From the IMG/VR virus record IMGVR_UViG_3300032294_002877, positions 64,001 through 128,000 of that record: a stretch of DNA of 64,000 bases; one strand, written 5' to 3'. Shown here one piece after another: positions 39,122 through 48,920 of this stretch. Source of the stretch: a virus. How positions within the stretch are numbered: position 1 is the first letter of the stretch; every line of letters starts with the position of its first letter. Under the pieces are notes generated by a model. That model searched no databases, was not told where the DNA came from, and saw only the letters and a list, made by a program, of their open reading frames with translations. The position numbers and the translations under genes were made by a program.

Positions 39122-39822
39122 ATATAGCAATTTGTTTTTTTGGACAAGTTAAAAATTTTTCGGTTGATTTATACAACAATTATATTAGCAATATTTATGA
39201 TAAAGTACAAGTTTTTTCTCATGATTATTTTTTAATAACATGGAATAATAAGCATATAGATAACCCAAGAAACCGAGAGAACATCGATATAGACTATACT
39301 TCTATCTTGCCATTTTTCAACTTTGTAAAGACTAATATTTTGGATATAGATTCTGATTGCACTAAAACGATAGACGCATATAGTGATTTGTTAGTATCCA
39401 AATATGGAGGATCATGGGGAGAAAATAGTATTCTTAGCACAAGGTTCGGCTTAAGACAACCGTACTCTCTGCAAATTATGAAACAAGAATTCGAACAGTA
39501 TCCAATAAAATACGATAAGTATATTCTACTAAGACCAGACTTATGGTTCAATAGCCCTCTGCCCACAGACTGTTTAAACAAAAATTATGATCTGTGTATT
39601 CCTGATTTCGATTCTTATGGAGGATATAACGATAGATTTGCCGTAACCTCATACAACGGTATGCTCGCTTATTGTAATAGATATAGAGCTATGTTATCTG
39701 AATCTAAAAAATATCATAGCGAGAATTTCTTAAAAGAATATACAGATAAGCAAAATATTAATATCAAAAAAATAGATAATTTTACATTCCAAAGAGTTCG
39801 ATCAGGCCACAATACACAATGA
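39118..39822 (+). CDS. glycan-biosynthesis protein (GT-like)
   Basis: MNIAICFFGQ, YDKYILLRPD, YNDRFA, SE.FL. Confidence 0.6.
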   Translation: MNIAICFFGQVKNFSVDLYNNYISNIYDKVQVFSHDYFLITWNNKHIDNPRNRENIDIDYTSILPFFNFVKTNILDIDSDCTKTIDAYSDLLVSKYGGSWGENSILSTRFGLRQPYSLQIMKQEFEQYPIKYDKYILLRPDLWFNSPLPTDCLNKNYDLCIPDFDSYGGYNDRFAVTSYNGMLAYCNRYRAMLSESKKYHSENFLKEYTDKQNINIKKIDNFTFQRVRSGHNTQ

Positions 39823-40301
39823 CTATTAATACCACTCATATAAAAGATTGTATCTATACCATACCAAACTTATTTACCGATAATCGTGGTATTTTCTCAG
39901 AAATCTTTAAAAGCTCCAAACTCACAGGATTTATACCAAAACAGTTAAATTACAGCTATTCGCATTTTGGTGTTTTTAGAGGTATACACAGAACACCATA
40001 CGCTAAACTAGTAACGTGTGTTAGTGGAGCTGTATATGATATATGTGTAGATTTAAGAGAAGAAAGTCTAACATATGGCGAATACTTCGGCTTAGAACTC
40101 AATTCTGATAAATTGAATTCTTTATATATACCTCCGTATTGTGGTCATGGATTTTTGGCCTTAAAAAATAGCGTGCTGGTGTATGCTCAAGAAGACGAGT
40201 ATATGCCAGACAAAGACGAGGCCCACTGCTACAAAAATTTTGGTATACAACTACCTTTTGATCCAAAAATAATTTCTCAAAAAGACATCTCTCAGTGCTA
40301 A
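39819..40301 (+). CDS. rmlC: dTDP-4-dehydrorhamnose 3,5-epimerase
   Basis: F.DNRG.F.E, GVFRGIH, KLV.CVSG..YD..VDLR..S.TYG, LYIPPYCGHGF. Confidence 0.9.
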   Translation: MTINTTHIKDCIYTIPNLFTDNRGIFSEIFKSSKLTGFIPKQLNYSYSHFGVFRGIHRTPYAKLVTCVSGAVYDICVDLREESLTYGEYFGLELNSDKLNSLYIPPYCGHGFLALKNSVLVYAQEDEYMPDKDEAHCYKNFGIQLPFDPKIISQKDISQC

Positions 40302-40317
40302 TATAAGGACTAATGAT

Positions 40318-40839
40318 ATGGCCCATAAAGAACAAAAAGATTATCTAATATCAATTAAAGAAAAATTTTTAGATAAATTTAATAACTGTTCTGTCTTAGA
40401 TATAGGATCGTTAGACATTAACGGAAATAATAGATATCTATTCACCGATTATTCCTATATTGGTATAGATATAGGTTCTGGTAAAAACGTAGATGTAGTA
40501 TGCCCAGGACATCTATATAAACCAAATCAAAAATTTGATATAGTTATTAGCACAGAATGTTTTGAGCATGATGAGCATTATCGTGAAACAATAATAAACG
40601 CTATAGATCTTACAAAATCTGGAGGAATGTTTATTTTTTCGTGTGCTACCACAGGCAGACCCGAACACGGAACAAAAAAATCTTCCCCATCATCCAGTCC
40701 TTTTACTAACGAATACTATAAAAATCTAACAGAAACTGACATTCGTGATATTCTAATTATAGAAGATGTATTCTCTATATATGAATTTTCTGTCAATAAT
40801 AAACATAAAGATCTTTATTTCTATGGCATCAAAAAATAA
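40318..40839 (+). CDS. class I SAM-dependent methyltransferase
   Basis: VLDIGSLDING, FDIVISTECFEH. Confidence 0.85.
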   Translation: MAHKEQKDYLISIKEKFLDKFNNCSVLDIGSLDINGNNRYLFTDYSYIGIDIGSGKNVDVVCPGHLYKPNQKFDIVISTECFEHDEHYRETIINAIDLTKSGGMFIFSCATTGRPEHGTKKSSPSSSPFTNEYYKNLTETDIRDILIIEDVFSIYEFSVNNKHKDLYFYGIKK

Positions 40840-41488
40840 TACGTCTAATATTTTAGTTGCGATTGTAAACTATAATTTTAGTGACAATGCGGATTTCTTA
40901 AAAAAAAAATTCCAAAATAAATTTCCTACTATTATTATAGATTCTTCGTCTAAAACACATCCCAATGGTGTTGATTTTATCATAGAGAACCAATATTATA
41001 CAGGTCAATGGAATTGTGCGGTCAATAAAGCTATTGATAATGGGTATGATTGGCTATTTTTCATTGCCTCAGATCTGACTTTTATTATTGATCAAGATAT
41101 AGATATAATTATTAAAGATATTATTGCTAATAATAGTATAGGTATTTATACGCCGTCTGTTGACAAAGAATCAAGATGCTCATTTACAGATTTATTTAAT
41201 CAAAACACCAATAATATAAGGTATACAAATTTAGTAGAAGGTTTTTGTTTTTTAGCGAGAACACAGATTCTGAAACATATGTACCCTGTAAATTATTCAC
41301 AAAATAAGTACGGCTGGTGTCTAGACACAACGATGTGCGATATATGTACAAAAAAGAGATATAAAATAGTAGTAGATGATAGAATAGTAATACATCATCC
41401 ACAATCACTAACGTCTATTGATAGAAATTTAGCAAGTATTCAGTGTAATGAGTATAGAGGATTGTTTGCTGGTAAAACATATGAATAG
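40823..41488 (+). CDS. putative glycosyltransferase (GT2-like)
   Basis: VAIVNYN, WN, FIASD, GW.LD, V.D...IHH. Confidence 0.6.
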   Translation: MASKNNTSNILVAIVNYNFSDNADFLKKKFQNKFPTIIIDSSSKTHPNGVDFIIENQYYTGQWNCAVNKAIDNGYDWLFFIASDLTFIIDQDIDIIIKDIIANNSIGIYTPSVDKESRCSFTDLFNQNTNNIRYTNLVEGFCFLARTQILKHMYPVNYSQNKYGWCLDTTMCDICTKKRYKIVVDDRIVIHHPQSLTSIDRNLASIQCNEYRGLFAGKTYE

Positions 41489-42413
41489 TGACAAAAAATA
41501 TTACGTTATTAAAGGGAATTGTGGATTTAATGATTTTTTATGTACATTTTTGCGATCATGTCAAGATATTGAATATATTCAAAAGCTAGGGATTGATTTA
41601 TGGCCAGTAATACAATGGGAACAAGTAGATTCAAATTTTTGGAAGATTTTTAATATATCAGATAGAATTTTGAACACAGGCCTACTTCATGACGAAGCTA
41701 TTGAGTACAATAAGTGCATACAGTCCGTTGCTGGTAGCGAAGCTATAAATTTCGATACTATAGCTAGTTCAAATAGACAATGGGATTATATTATTCGTCA
41801 TAATATTGGCGGGGCATTTAATCTACACAATTTATTTTTTCAGTATCTGTGTTTGACCAATACATTCAGAGACTATCTTAGAGAAAAATATATTCGTATC
41901 AAAAACAATGATGGATATATAGCTATTCATTATAGAATATCTGATTATTTTATAAAATACTATAAAAACGATATTGTTAATAATAATGAGTTATTTAGTC
42001 GTAAATATACAGATTATATAAATAAATGTTGTGATTATATAAATAATAAAGCAAAAAATAATAAGATATTACTATGTACAGATAATCTAGATATTATTCT
42101 TAGATGTGTTGATAACATAAAAATATTCAGCTTTAGCTTTTCTAAAACACTCATATTAGATAAGGGTATAGACGCCAATAGTTTTGATCAATTTCATGGG
42201 ATACATATCAATAAATATTATGAATCCTTCAATATCTCTAGTTATGATCTATATCTGAATACTTATTTAGATTATTTCTTAATGGTATTATCTGACGAGT
42301 TAATTGTATCAGATTTGGGCCAGTTCAGTAAAAGCGCTGCTAAATTAAAGAATTTCTTAAAATTAGAATATGGCAATGATTATGCTCAAAAAATATTTGA
42401 GAAAACTATATGA
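41481..42413 (+). CDS. O-fucosyltransferase-like (NodZ/GT23-type fold)
   Basis: G.CGFND, YIAIHYR.SD, ILLCTD, D.F....S, S.FS. Confidence 0.6.
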   Translation: MNSDKKYYVIKGNCGFNDFLCTFLRSCQDIEYIQKLGIDLWPVIQWEQVDSNFWKIFNISDRILNTGLLHDEAIEYNKCIQSVAGSEAINFDTIASSNRQWDYIIRHNIGGAFNLHNLFFQYLCLTNTFRDYLREKYIRIKNNDGYIAIHYRISDYFIKYYKNDIVNNNELFSRKYTDYINKCCDYINNKAKNNKILLCTDNLDIILRCVDNIKIFSFSFSKTLILDKGIDANSFDQFHGIHINKYYESFNISSYDLYLNTYLDYFLMVLSDELIVSDLGQFSKSAAKLKNFLKLEYGNDYAQKIFEKTI

Positions 42414-43279
42414 AATTACAAAGACCAGGATACACAGAAACAGATTTATTATTTTGTCACTATCTCAAGAATATAGGGATTTATGACAGTATTGTTAAAG
42501 ATACTGAAGAAAATTTTGTATTATGGTTATATAGTACAGCCGGATGGTACGATAATTCATTACCATATAGTGGTCCAAAGTTTTTTCATAAATACAAAGA
42601 TAGATCAGAAGTTTCAAGAGTATTATTAAATAGTGATGTTTATAAATTTTGGATAGATAAATACTATCATAGCGTTACAAATGCTGATTTTATAATTCCA
42701 TTATGTCATAAAAGCAATTTTAAAGATCATTATGAAAATCATTTCCACAACTTTATAGATTCTCTAATGCCTAAAAATAAAGTAAATACTCAATTTGATA
42801 ATTTTTGGTGTGTTTACAGAAACATATATCCTATTATTGAAAACAAAAAACTATTAGTCGTAAGTAGTTTTGCTAAGCTAATTGACGATCAATATACGTC
42901 TAATAATATATACAAAATATATTCTAGCTTTCCACAAATACAACAACTTATCACCTATAGGTTTCCATACACATTTTTTAATAGAGGTCCAGACCAAAAT
43001 AGTATAGAAACTTTACATAAAATCTATAATGATATCAAACAATATGATTTTGATGTATTATTAATTGGCGCCGGATGCTACGGATGTATATTAACAGATA
43101 TGGTAAACGATTTAGGAAAAACAGGAATAACGATTGGTCATCATATAAGTGATTTTTTCGGTATCAATCCACTTAAAAAGAATGAGTATTGGATATACAA
43201 CATTCCAGACGAATATATACCAGAAGGATACGAACACATAGACCACGGCAAATACTGGAAACCAACGGATGCTAAATGA
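42410..43279 (+). CDS. hypothetical glycan-related protein
   Basis: Island context; K+LLVVSSF, FDV.LIGAG.YG, G..I.IG motifs. Confidence 0.5.
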   Translation: MKLQRPGYTETDLLFCHYLKNIGIYDSIVKDTEENFVLWLYSTAGWYDNSLPYSGPKFFHKYKDRSEVSRVLLNSDVYKFWIDKYYHSVTNADFIIPLCHKSNFKDHYENHFHNFIDSLMPKNKVNTQFDNFWCVYRNIYPIIENKKLLVVSSFAKLIDDQYTSNNIYKIYSSFPQIQQLITYRFPYTFFNRGPDQNSIETLHKIYNDIKQYDFDVLLIGAGCYGCILTDMVNDLGKTGITIGHHISDFFGINPLKKNEYWIYNIPDEYIPEGYEHIDHGKYWKPTDAK

Positions 43280-44309
43280 ATCTTTAGATTTTTTCTTATC
43301 TAGATACTCAAGTGAAAATAAAAATACTGATTATATATCCGAGGAAACCCTTGGTGATCTACTAGTTAAACACAATTTAAAAAATAAGTATCCGCCGGAC
43401 TTTGCAATTTTTACTATAAATACAGACCTTAATGTTATCTGTACTAATAGAGATAAGATCAGACTAGACACCAGAATAATTCTATATGAAAATTATTTTA
43501 AAAAGTTACTTATAAAGTATGGTATTAGCATACATAAAAGCATTACATTTTTAATTGATCTGAGCGATGGTTGTCAGAATAGAGACTTTTTATTTGATAT
43601 AGACAAGATTTGTTTAGCTCCAAGTATACCTAACAGAAAAGAGTTGGGCTCTTTACCAATATCAGATCCTCATTATCTTCACCCTAACTATCGTAAATAT
43701 TACGATAAATCTGTTGAATTGAGTAAATTGACATGGAAAGAAAAAAATAATAAATTCCTATACAGAGGAACCGTAAGACCCACATTAAGACCAGATATAA
43801 GAGAAGGATCTAGTTGGATAACACCAAGACTAGACTTTTGTAAAAAATATTGTGACAACCAATACCTAGATATAGGTTTTCCTCCACCAAATACAACAGA
43901 GGTATGGCAAAAAGACTATATACCATACTTTAAAGAAAAATTATCCAGAGAGCAGATGTCTTCATATAAATATAACATTATTATTTCTGGTATAGGAGGT
44001 AATTTTGACGCATTTATTTGGTTGATTCTTAGCAACACAACCTTACTCAGAATGTGCGATAAAGAACAAGATCATTCGTTGGCTCCGGATTATCCATATT
44101 GGCTTTTATGGTTTGACTCTTTGTGTAAACCTTATGAGCACTATGTTCCATTTAATATTGATAATTTTGATACCATTATTACTTGGTGCTTGAATAACGA
44201 AAGCGTATGTGAAAAAATCGCTAATAATGCGCAAAAATTATACGATACTATTATAGACAAATGGGATGATTACAATATTTCTGTGATTAAATTTTTAATA
44301 GATCTATGA
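43269..44309 (+). CDS. GT90-like glycosyltransferase
   Basis: W.EK....YRG, YKY.I...G, L.PYEHYVP, EKIA.NA. Confidence 0.75.
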   Translation: MLNESLDFFLSRYSSENKNTDYISEETLGDLLVKHNLKNKYPPDFAIFTINTDLNVICTNRDKIRLDTRIILYENYFKKLLIKYGISIHKSITFLIDLSDGCQNRDFLFDIDKICLAPSIPNRKELGSLPISDPHYLHPNYRKYYDKSVELSKLTWKEKNNKFLYRGTVRPTLRPDIREGSSWITPRLDFCKKYCDNQYLDIGFPPPNTTEVWQKDYIPYFKEKLSREQMSSYKYNIIISGIGGNFDAFIWLILSNTTLLRMCDKEQDHSLAPDYPYWLLWFDSLCKPYEHYVPFNIDNFDTIITWCLNNESVCEKIANNAQKLYDTIIDKWDDYNISVIKFLIDL

Positions 44310-44316
44310 GACATAA

Positions 44317-45144
44317 ATGCATAATATTTGTATAATAAGAAATACTTTTAATGACAGAAGCTCATTCTTGAAGCTATCACTAGAGTACCAGCAAAGCGCT
44401 ATTCAGCCAACACATGCTTTTCCTACTTTTATCTTTTTGGATCCACACCCAGAATACGGTCTATCCAAATCCTACAATGATGAGTATATAAATAAATTTC
44501 CAAAAATAGTTTTTGAAAATTATAAAAACAGAATGAGTTGGTATTTAGCAACAAAATATATGTTTGATAATTACCAATTTGATTATATATTATCTATAGA
44601 AGATGATGTTTTGATTAGTAAAGACTACCTATTAATGTGTGAACAAGTAGTTAAAGATGATATACTCAATAAAAAAGAAAACGCACTATATTTTCACATA
44701 GGAGCATGGGAAGAACCTACTGGAGACCCCAATAAGATAGTATATTCAGGAGCATCTAGTAGATCTATTTTAATCAATAGGAATAAGTTTTCGGTTATAC
44801 AAGACCACATGCTTGGCAACACTGAACATAATCCAAAAATAGGAAATGACGCTATGATAACACAGATACTAAAATCTCATAATATGAGAACCATAGCGCC
44901 TAAATGTAATAGACATGCTCATATAGGAATATATGGTTGGAGCAGCAACGGTGTTCATGCAGATAATAGGGGCAAGAGTAGCGTTTTTGATAACGGAATT
45001 TCTGACAACGAATTGTATCTGATACTAAAACGAAGCTGTTTGCACAAAAATAAATTACTTGAACTAAATCAACAAAAAAATCCCCAATATTTTTGGGACT
45101 TTAATCCCGATATCAATTTTACACAACTGGTTTATCAACTATGA
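44317..45144 (+). CDS. putative glycosyltransferase (GT-A)
   Basis: SIEDDV, P..NR..HIG..G. Confidence 0.55.
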   Translation: MHNICIIRNTFNDRSSFLKLSLEYQQSAIQPTHAFPTFIFLDPHPEYGLSKSYNDEYINKFPKIVFENYKNRMSWYLATKYMFDNYQFDYILSIEDDVLISKDYLLMCEQVVKDDILNKKENALYFHIGAWEEPTGDPNKIVYSGASSRSILINRNKFSVIQDHMLGNTEHNPKIGNDAMITQILKSHNMRTIAPKCNRHAHIGIYGWSSNGVHADNRGKSSVFDNGISDNELYLILKRSCLHKNKLLELNQQKNPQYFWDFNPDINFTQLVYQL

Positions 45145-47273
45145 AATGGAGATCGTCGGAATACTCTGTAGCGCTATTCAAACAATTAGAGTTTTTGTTA
45201 CCAGAAGATTTTGATTACCAGACATATATAGACCTACACCCTGATCTTATAGCGGCAGAAATAGATAATGAACAAAAAGCCAAAGAACATTATTTATTTT
45301 TTGGAAGAAAAGAGGGTAGAGCCTATAAAATATTATCCTATGAGTATTCGGTAGATGATACCGATTCATATGAGATATGGAACAATGACAACAATAATAT
45401 TATGGTGTTCTCCCCTACTGCACCAGATTACGATTGTAGCAGTGGAGGGAATAGGCTGTATGAGTTATTAAAAATACTCAAATTACTACAATATAATGTT
45501 TATTTTTTTTGTAATACTATTATTGATTTAAAATATAAAAAAGCAGTAAAAGATTTGGGTATAAATATTTATTATCCCAATATCGATGACGGTATTTATA
45601 TGGATAAATATATAGAGGACTTAAAAGTATCTAATGTTTATTTTGACAATGTTATATTTTGTTGGTATGATATAGGCAATCAGTATATAGATATAGTGAA
45701 ACAATACTATCCAAATATCAAAATTATAGCGGACAGTGTTGACGTACACTGGATACGAGAGCAAAGAGGAAAAGATAATGGAGAATTATCTATATCTCAA
45801 ATGTCTCTTGACCACAGGCAAAATATTGAGATGCAGGTTTATAGAAAATCTAATGTGGTCTTGGCTATAACATCAGAAGATAAACGACACATAGAACAAG
45901 AACTAGGAGATAAAATAAATACTAAAATTTTAAGTAATATTCATCATAAGCAATTTGGACCGTTAGGACCAAACATATTTTTTATAGGTAATTATAATCA
46001 TTATCCGAATATACAAGGAGCAATAGAATCTATAAAAATTTTTGATGTTTTTAGTCGTTCTCAAACCTATTTCAATCTTAAGCAAAAACCTAAACTATTA
46101 ATAGTCGGACCAAATATAGATAACAGAGTGTTGTCTCATATACATACAGACAATATAGAAGTGTGTGGTAAAATAGAAGATCTAGAATCTTTATACTCCC
46201 AAAGCTGTTTATGTTTGAGTCCACTTTACTGGGGAGCGGGAATCAAGGGTAAAATTTGCGATAGCGCCATGAGAGGTATTCCAATTTTAACCACGCCTAT
46301 TGGGAATGAAGGAATTAACTTTATTAACAATCAACATGCTATGATTGGTAATACAACAGAGGATATGGTGGAACATATGATTAATTTTTTCAGCATGTCA
46401 TACGAACAAAAAATAGAGCTTGGAAGAAGAGGACAAGAATATATTGAAAACATAGTAGGTTTAAAAGCGGCTGTTGAAACTATTCAATCTGTTCTTGAAG
46501 AAAAACATATTGTAATAAGCATAGTCGCTTATAGTCAGACAGAAAAACTATATAGGTGTCTTGAGACAATATTCGACAAAGCAAAATATTCGAACTTTAC
46601 TGTTGTTGTCACAGATAATAGCTCGGATAGTACGATATACGAAACAATAAAACCGTTTGCTATTAGACATAATTTCATATACAAAAAGAATGTGTCCAAT
46701 AGATACTTCATAGAGCCTAATAACGATGTTATGTTCGATCCTAAGTATCTCAATTCTGACGTTGTTTTGGTCAATGATGATATAGAAATTTTATCTGATG
46801 GATGGCTGAATTATTTGTATTCCTCCGCATATTCGGAACCAAAAATAGGAGCAGTGGGTGGCAAAACTCTATATCCCAACTATACAATAGCAGAAGCTGG
46901 TGCTGAATTGTATTCAGATGGTACTGGTAAGAACTTGTATAGACATTATCCTAACGATGAGCCATTGGCAAATATCAGAAAAAGTGTAGGTTATTGTTCA
47001 GGGTGTCTGTTGTATTTGAAAAGGTCCGTCATAGACGAAATAGGAGTATTTGATACAGATTTAGAAAAAATGTATTATGAAGATAGCGAATGGCAATATA
47101 GAGCTCATACAAAAGGATTCAAAACAATCTATGAACCAAGATGTGTCGCTATACATCACGAGGGATCGTCTAGTGGTACGGATATCAATAAGGGAACTAA
47201 AAAATATCAAGCTATCAATCAAAAAATATTTGTAAAGAAGTACAAAAATCTCAACATCGAGCAATATAACTAG
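45141..47273 (+). CDS. multidomain glycosyltransferase (short N-terminal motif + GT4-like + GT2)
   Basis: FDYQTY..LHPDL...HY..FG..EGR; P..D.SSGG.R, F.G.Y.H.PN, AGIKGK; VTDNSS, LVNDD, YYEDSEW, IHHEG.S. Confidence 0.8.
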   Translation: MKWRSSEYSVALFKQLEFLLPEDFDYQTYIDLHPDLIAAEIDNEQKAKEHYLFFGRKEGRAYKILSYEYSVDDTDSYEIWNNDNNNIMVFSPTAPDYDCSSGGNRLYELLKILKLLQYNVYFFCNTIIDLKYKKAVKDLGINIYYPNIDDGIYMDKYIEDLKVSNVYFDNVIFCWYDIGNQYIDIVKQYYPNIKIIADSVDVHWIREQRGKDNGELSISQMSLDHRQNIEMQVYRKSNVVLAITSEDKRHIEQELGDKINTKILSNIHHKQFGPLGPNIFFIGNYNHYPNIQGAIESIKIFDVFSRSQTYFNLKQKPKLLIVGPNIDNRVLSHIHTDNIEVCGKIEDLESLYSQSCLCLSPLYWGAGIKGKICDSAMRGIPILTTPIGNEGINFINNQHAMIGNTTEDMVEHMINFFSMSYEQKIELGRRGQEYIENIVGLKAAVETIQSVLEEKHIVISIVAYSQTEKLYRCLETIFDKAKYSNFTVVVTDNSSDSTIYETIKPFAIRHNFIYKKNVSNRYFIEPNNDVMFDPKYLNSDVVLVNDDIEILSDGWLNYLYSSAYSEPKIGAVGGKTLYPNYTIAEAGAELYSDGTGKNLYRHYPNDEPLANIRKSVGYCSGCLLYLKRSVIDEIGVFDTDLEKMYYEDSEWQYRAHTKGFKTIYEPRCVAIHHEGSSSGTDINKGTKKYQAINQKIFVKKYKNLNIEQYN

Positions 47274-47276
47274 ATC

Positions 47277-47304
47277 TTGACAGAAAGTTCCTGCTGGCTA
47301 CAAT
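47277..47304 (+). promoter_or_regulatory. sigma70-type promoter
   Basis: TTGACA-16 nt-TACAAT; GGAGA RBS before ATG 47330. Confidence 0.7.
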
Positions 47305-47329
47305 ATATGATCAAGAGCCGGAGAGAACA

Positions 47330-47797
47330 ATGAGACCTTCATGGATTGATTATTTTTTGGGATTAGCGAAAGTTATTTCTAAACGTAGCCATGATGTTCA
47401 TACGCAACACGGTTGTGTGATTACTGATCAAAATAATAGAATTTTAGGTGTAGGCTACAATGGCTTTCCTCGCGGGTTAGACGACACTAATCTGCCCACG
47501 ACGCGACCAGAAAAATATAAATGGATGGTACATTCTGAAAGAAACGCATTAGCAAATTGTGTTGTTAGACCAGACGATGGAATAGCATATGTTACTGGTC
47601 AATGTTGTAATGATTGTGTTATAGCGTTGTGGCAGGAAGGAATAAAGACAATATATATGATTGATGGTCACGGAACCCACCTATTCGATATCGAGGAACA
47701 AAAAGTGTTCGATACTTTTGTTAAAATGAGTCAAATAAAAATCAATAAAGTAGATCCTGATCTTTCTTGGTTGAACGATGTGTGTGGTGTAATATGA
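47330..47797 (+). CDS. dCMP deaminase (ComEB-like)
   Basis: RP.W..YF, GYNG.PRG, HSERNA, C..C. Confidence 0.88.
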   Translation: MRPSWIDYFLGLAKVISKRSHDVHTQHGCVITDQNNRILGVGYNGFPRGLDDTNLPTTRPEKYKWMVHSERNALANCVVRPDDGIAYVTGQCCNDCVIALWQEGIKTIYMIDGHGTHLFDIEEQKVFDTFVKMSQIKINKVDPDLSWLNDVCGVI

Positions 47798-47946
47798 GTA
47801 TACTATTTTACGGTTTAGTTTTTTATTACTATTACCAATTTTTTACTAATCCATCATTCAATATCTGTGGTCCTGAATTTGTTGGTTTAGTAATTGTTGG
47901 AATAATAGCCAACTTAAGAAAAAGGGTTAACAATGATATTCGATGA
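47794..47946 (+). CDS. small membrane protein (50 aa, not in the ORF track)
   Basis: MSILFYGLVFYYYYQFF...LVIVGIIANL; fills the gap; ATGA overlap with the upstream gene. Confidence 0.45.
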   Translation: MSILFYGLVFYYYYQFFTNPSFNICGPEFVGLVIVGIIANLRKRVNNDIR

Positions 47947-48904
47947 GCAAATAACCAGGAAACCAGACAATTATCCTTGGACTCAAGATTTTATAGAAGC
48001 TATGCATAATGGCTTTTGGACCCACAGAGAATTTAATTTTAGTAGCGATGTTCAAGACTTTAGAGTCAAACTAAATGAACAAGAGAAACAAATTATTGTC
48101 CGTGCTCTGTCTACAATAGGACAACTCGAAATATCTGTTAAAAAGTTTTGGGCAAAATTAGGTGATAATCTTCCACACCCATCGATAAACGACATGGGAT
48201 ATGTTATGGCTAATGTCGAAGTAATACACGGAGATGCCTACGAACGCCTGCTAGAAGTATTGGGTATAGACGATAGTTTTGATGAGATTCTTAAGTTAGA
48301 TATTATAAAGGGTAGAGTAAATTATTTACGTAAACATTTGCATAAATTTCATGATAACAATAGGAAACAGTTTATATATTCTTTAATTCTTTTTACTTTG
48401 TTTGTAGAGAACATAGCCTTATTTTCTCAGTTCTATACAATCAGTTGGTTTGGCCGATATAAAAACGTATTGAAAGACACCAATAAACAGGTCGAGTATA
48501 CATCGAGAGAAGAAAATCTACACGCAATGATAGGCATAAAAGTTATCAATACAATTAAAGAAGAGTACCCTGAGTTGTTTGACGAAGAACTTAAAAAACG
48601 CATAGAGCACGAAGCAGGAGAAGCTATAAAGTATGAATGCCAGATCATAGAGTGGATAGTCAATGGATACAAACATGACAAATTAAATTCCAATTTACTC
48701 AAAGAGTTCATAAAGAACAGAATGAACGAATCTCTTGTACAAATAGGCTACGAGCCGATATTCGAAGTTGATCAAGATGTCATAGCTAATACAGTCTGGT
48801 TTGATGAACAAGTACTAGGTAATAATATGACCGATTTCTTTCATAGCCGACCAGTCGAATATGCCAAATGTTCTCAAAGTTTTGATGCTGAAGACTTGTT
48901 CTAA
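47933..48904 (+). CDS. nrdB: class I ribonucleotide reductase beta subunit
   Basis: FW...E, E..H..AY, LFVE...LFSQF, REE.LH. Confidence 0.93.
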   Translation: MIFDEQITRKPDNYPWTQDFIEAMHNGFWTHREFNFSSDVQDFRVKLNEQEKQIIVRALSTIGQLEISVKKFWAKLGDNLPHPSINDMGYVMANVEVIHGDAYERLLEVLGIDDSFDEILKLDIIKGRVNYLRKHLHKFHDNNRKQFIYSLILFTLFVENIALFSQFYTISWFGRYKNVLKDTNKQVEYTSREENLHAMIGIKVINTIKEEYPELFDEELKKRIEHEAGEAIKYECQIIEWIVNGYKHDKLNSNLLKEFIKNRMNESLVQIGYEPIFEVDQDVIANTVWFDEQVLGNNMTDFFHSRPVEYAKCSQSFDAEDLF

Positions 48905-48920
48905 AACTAGAAAATAGGAT

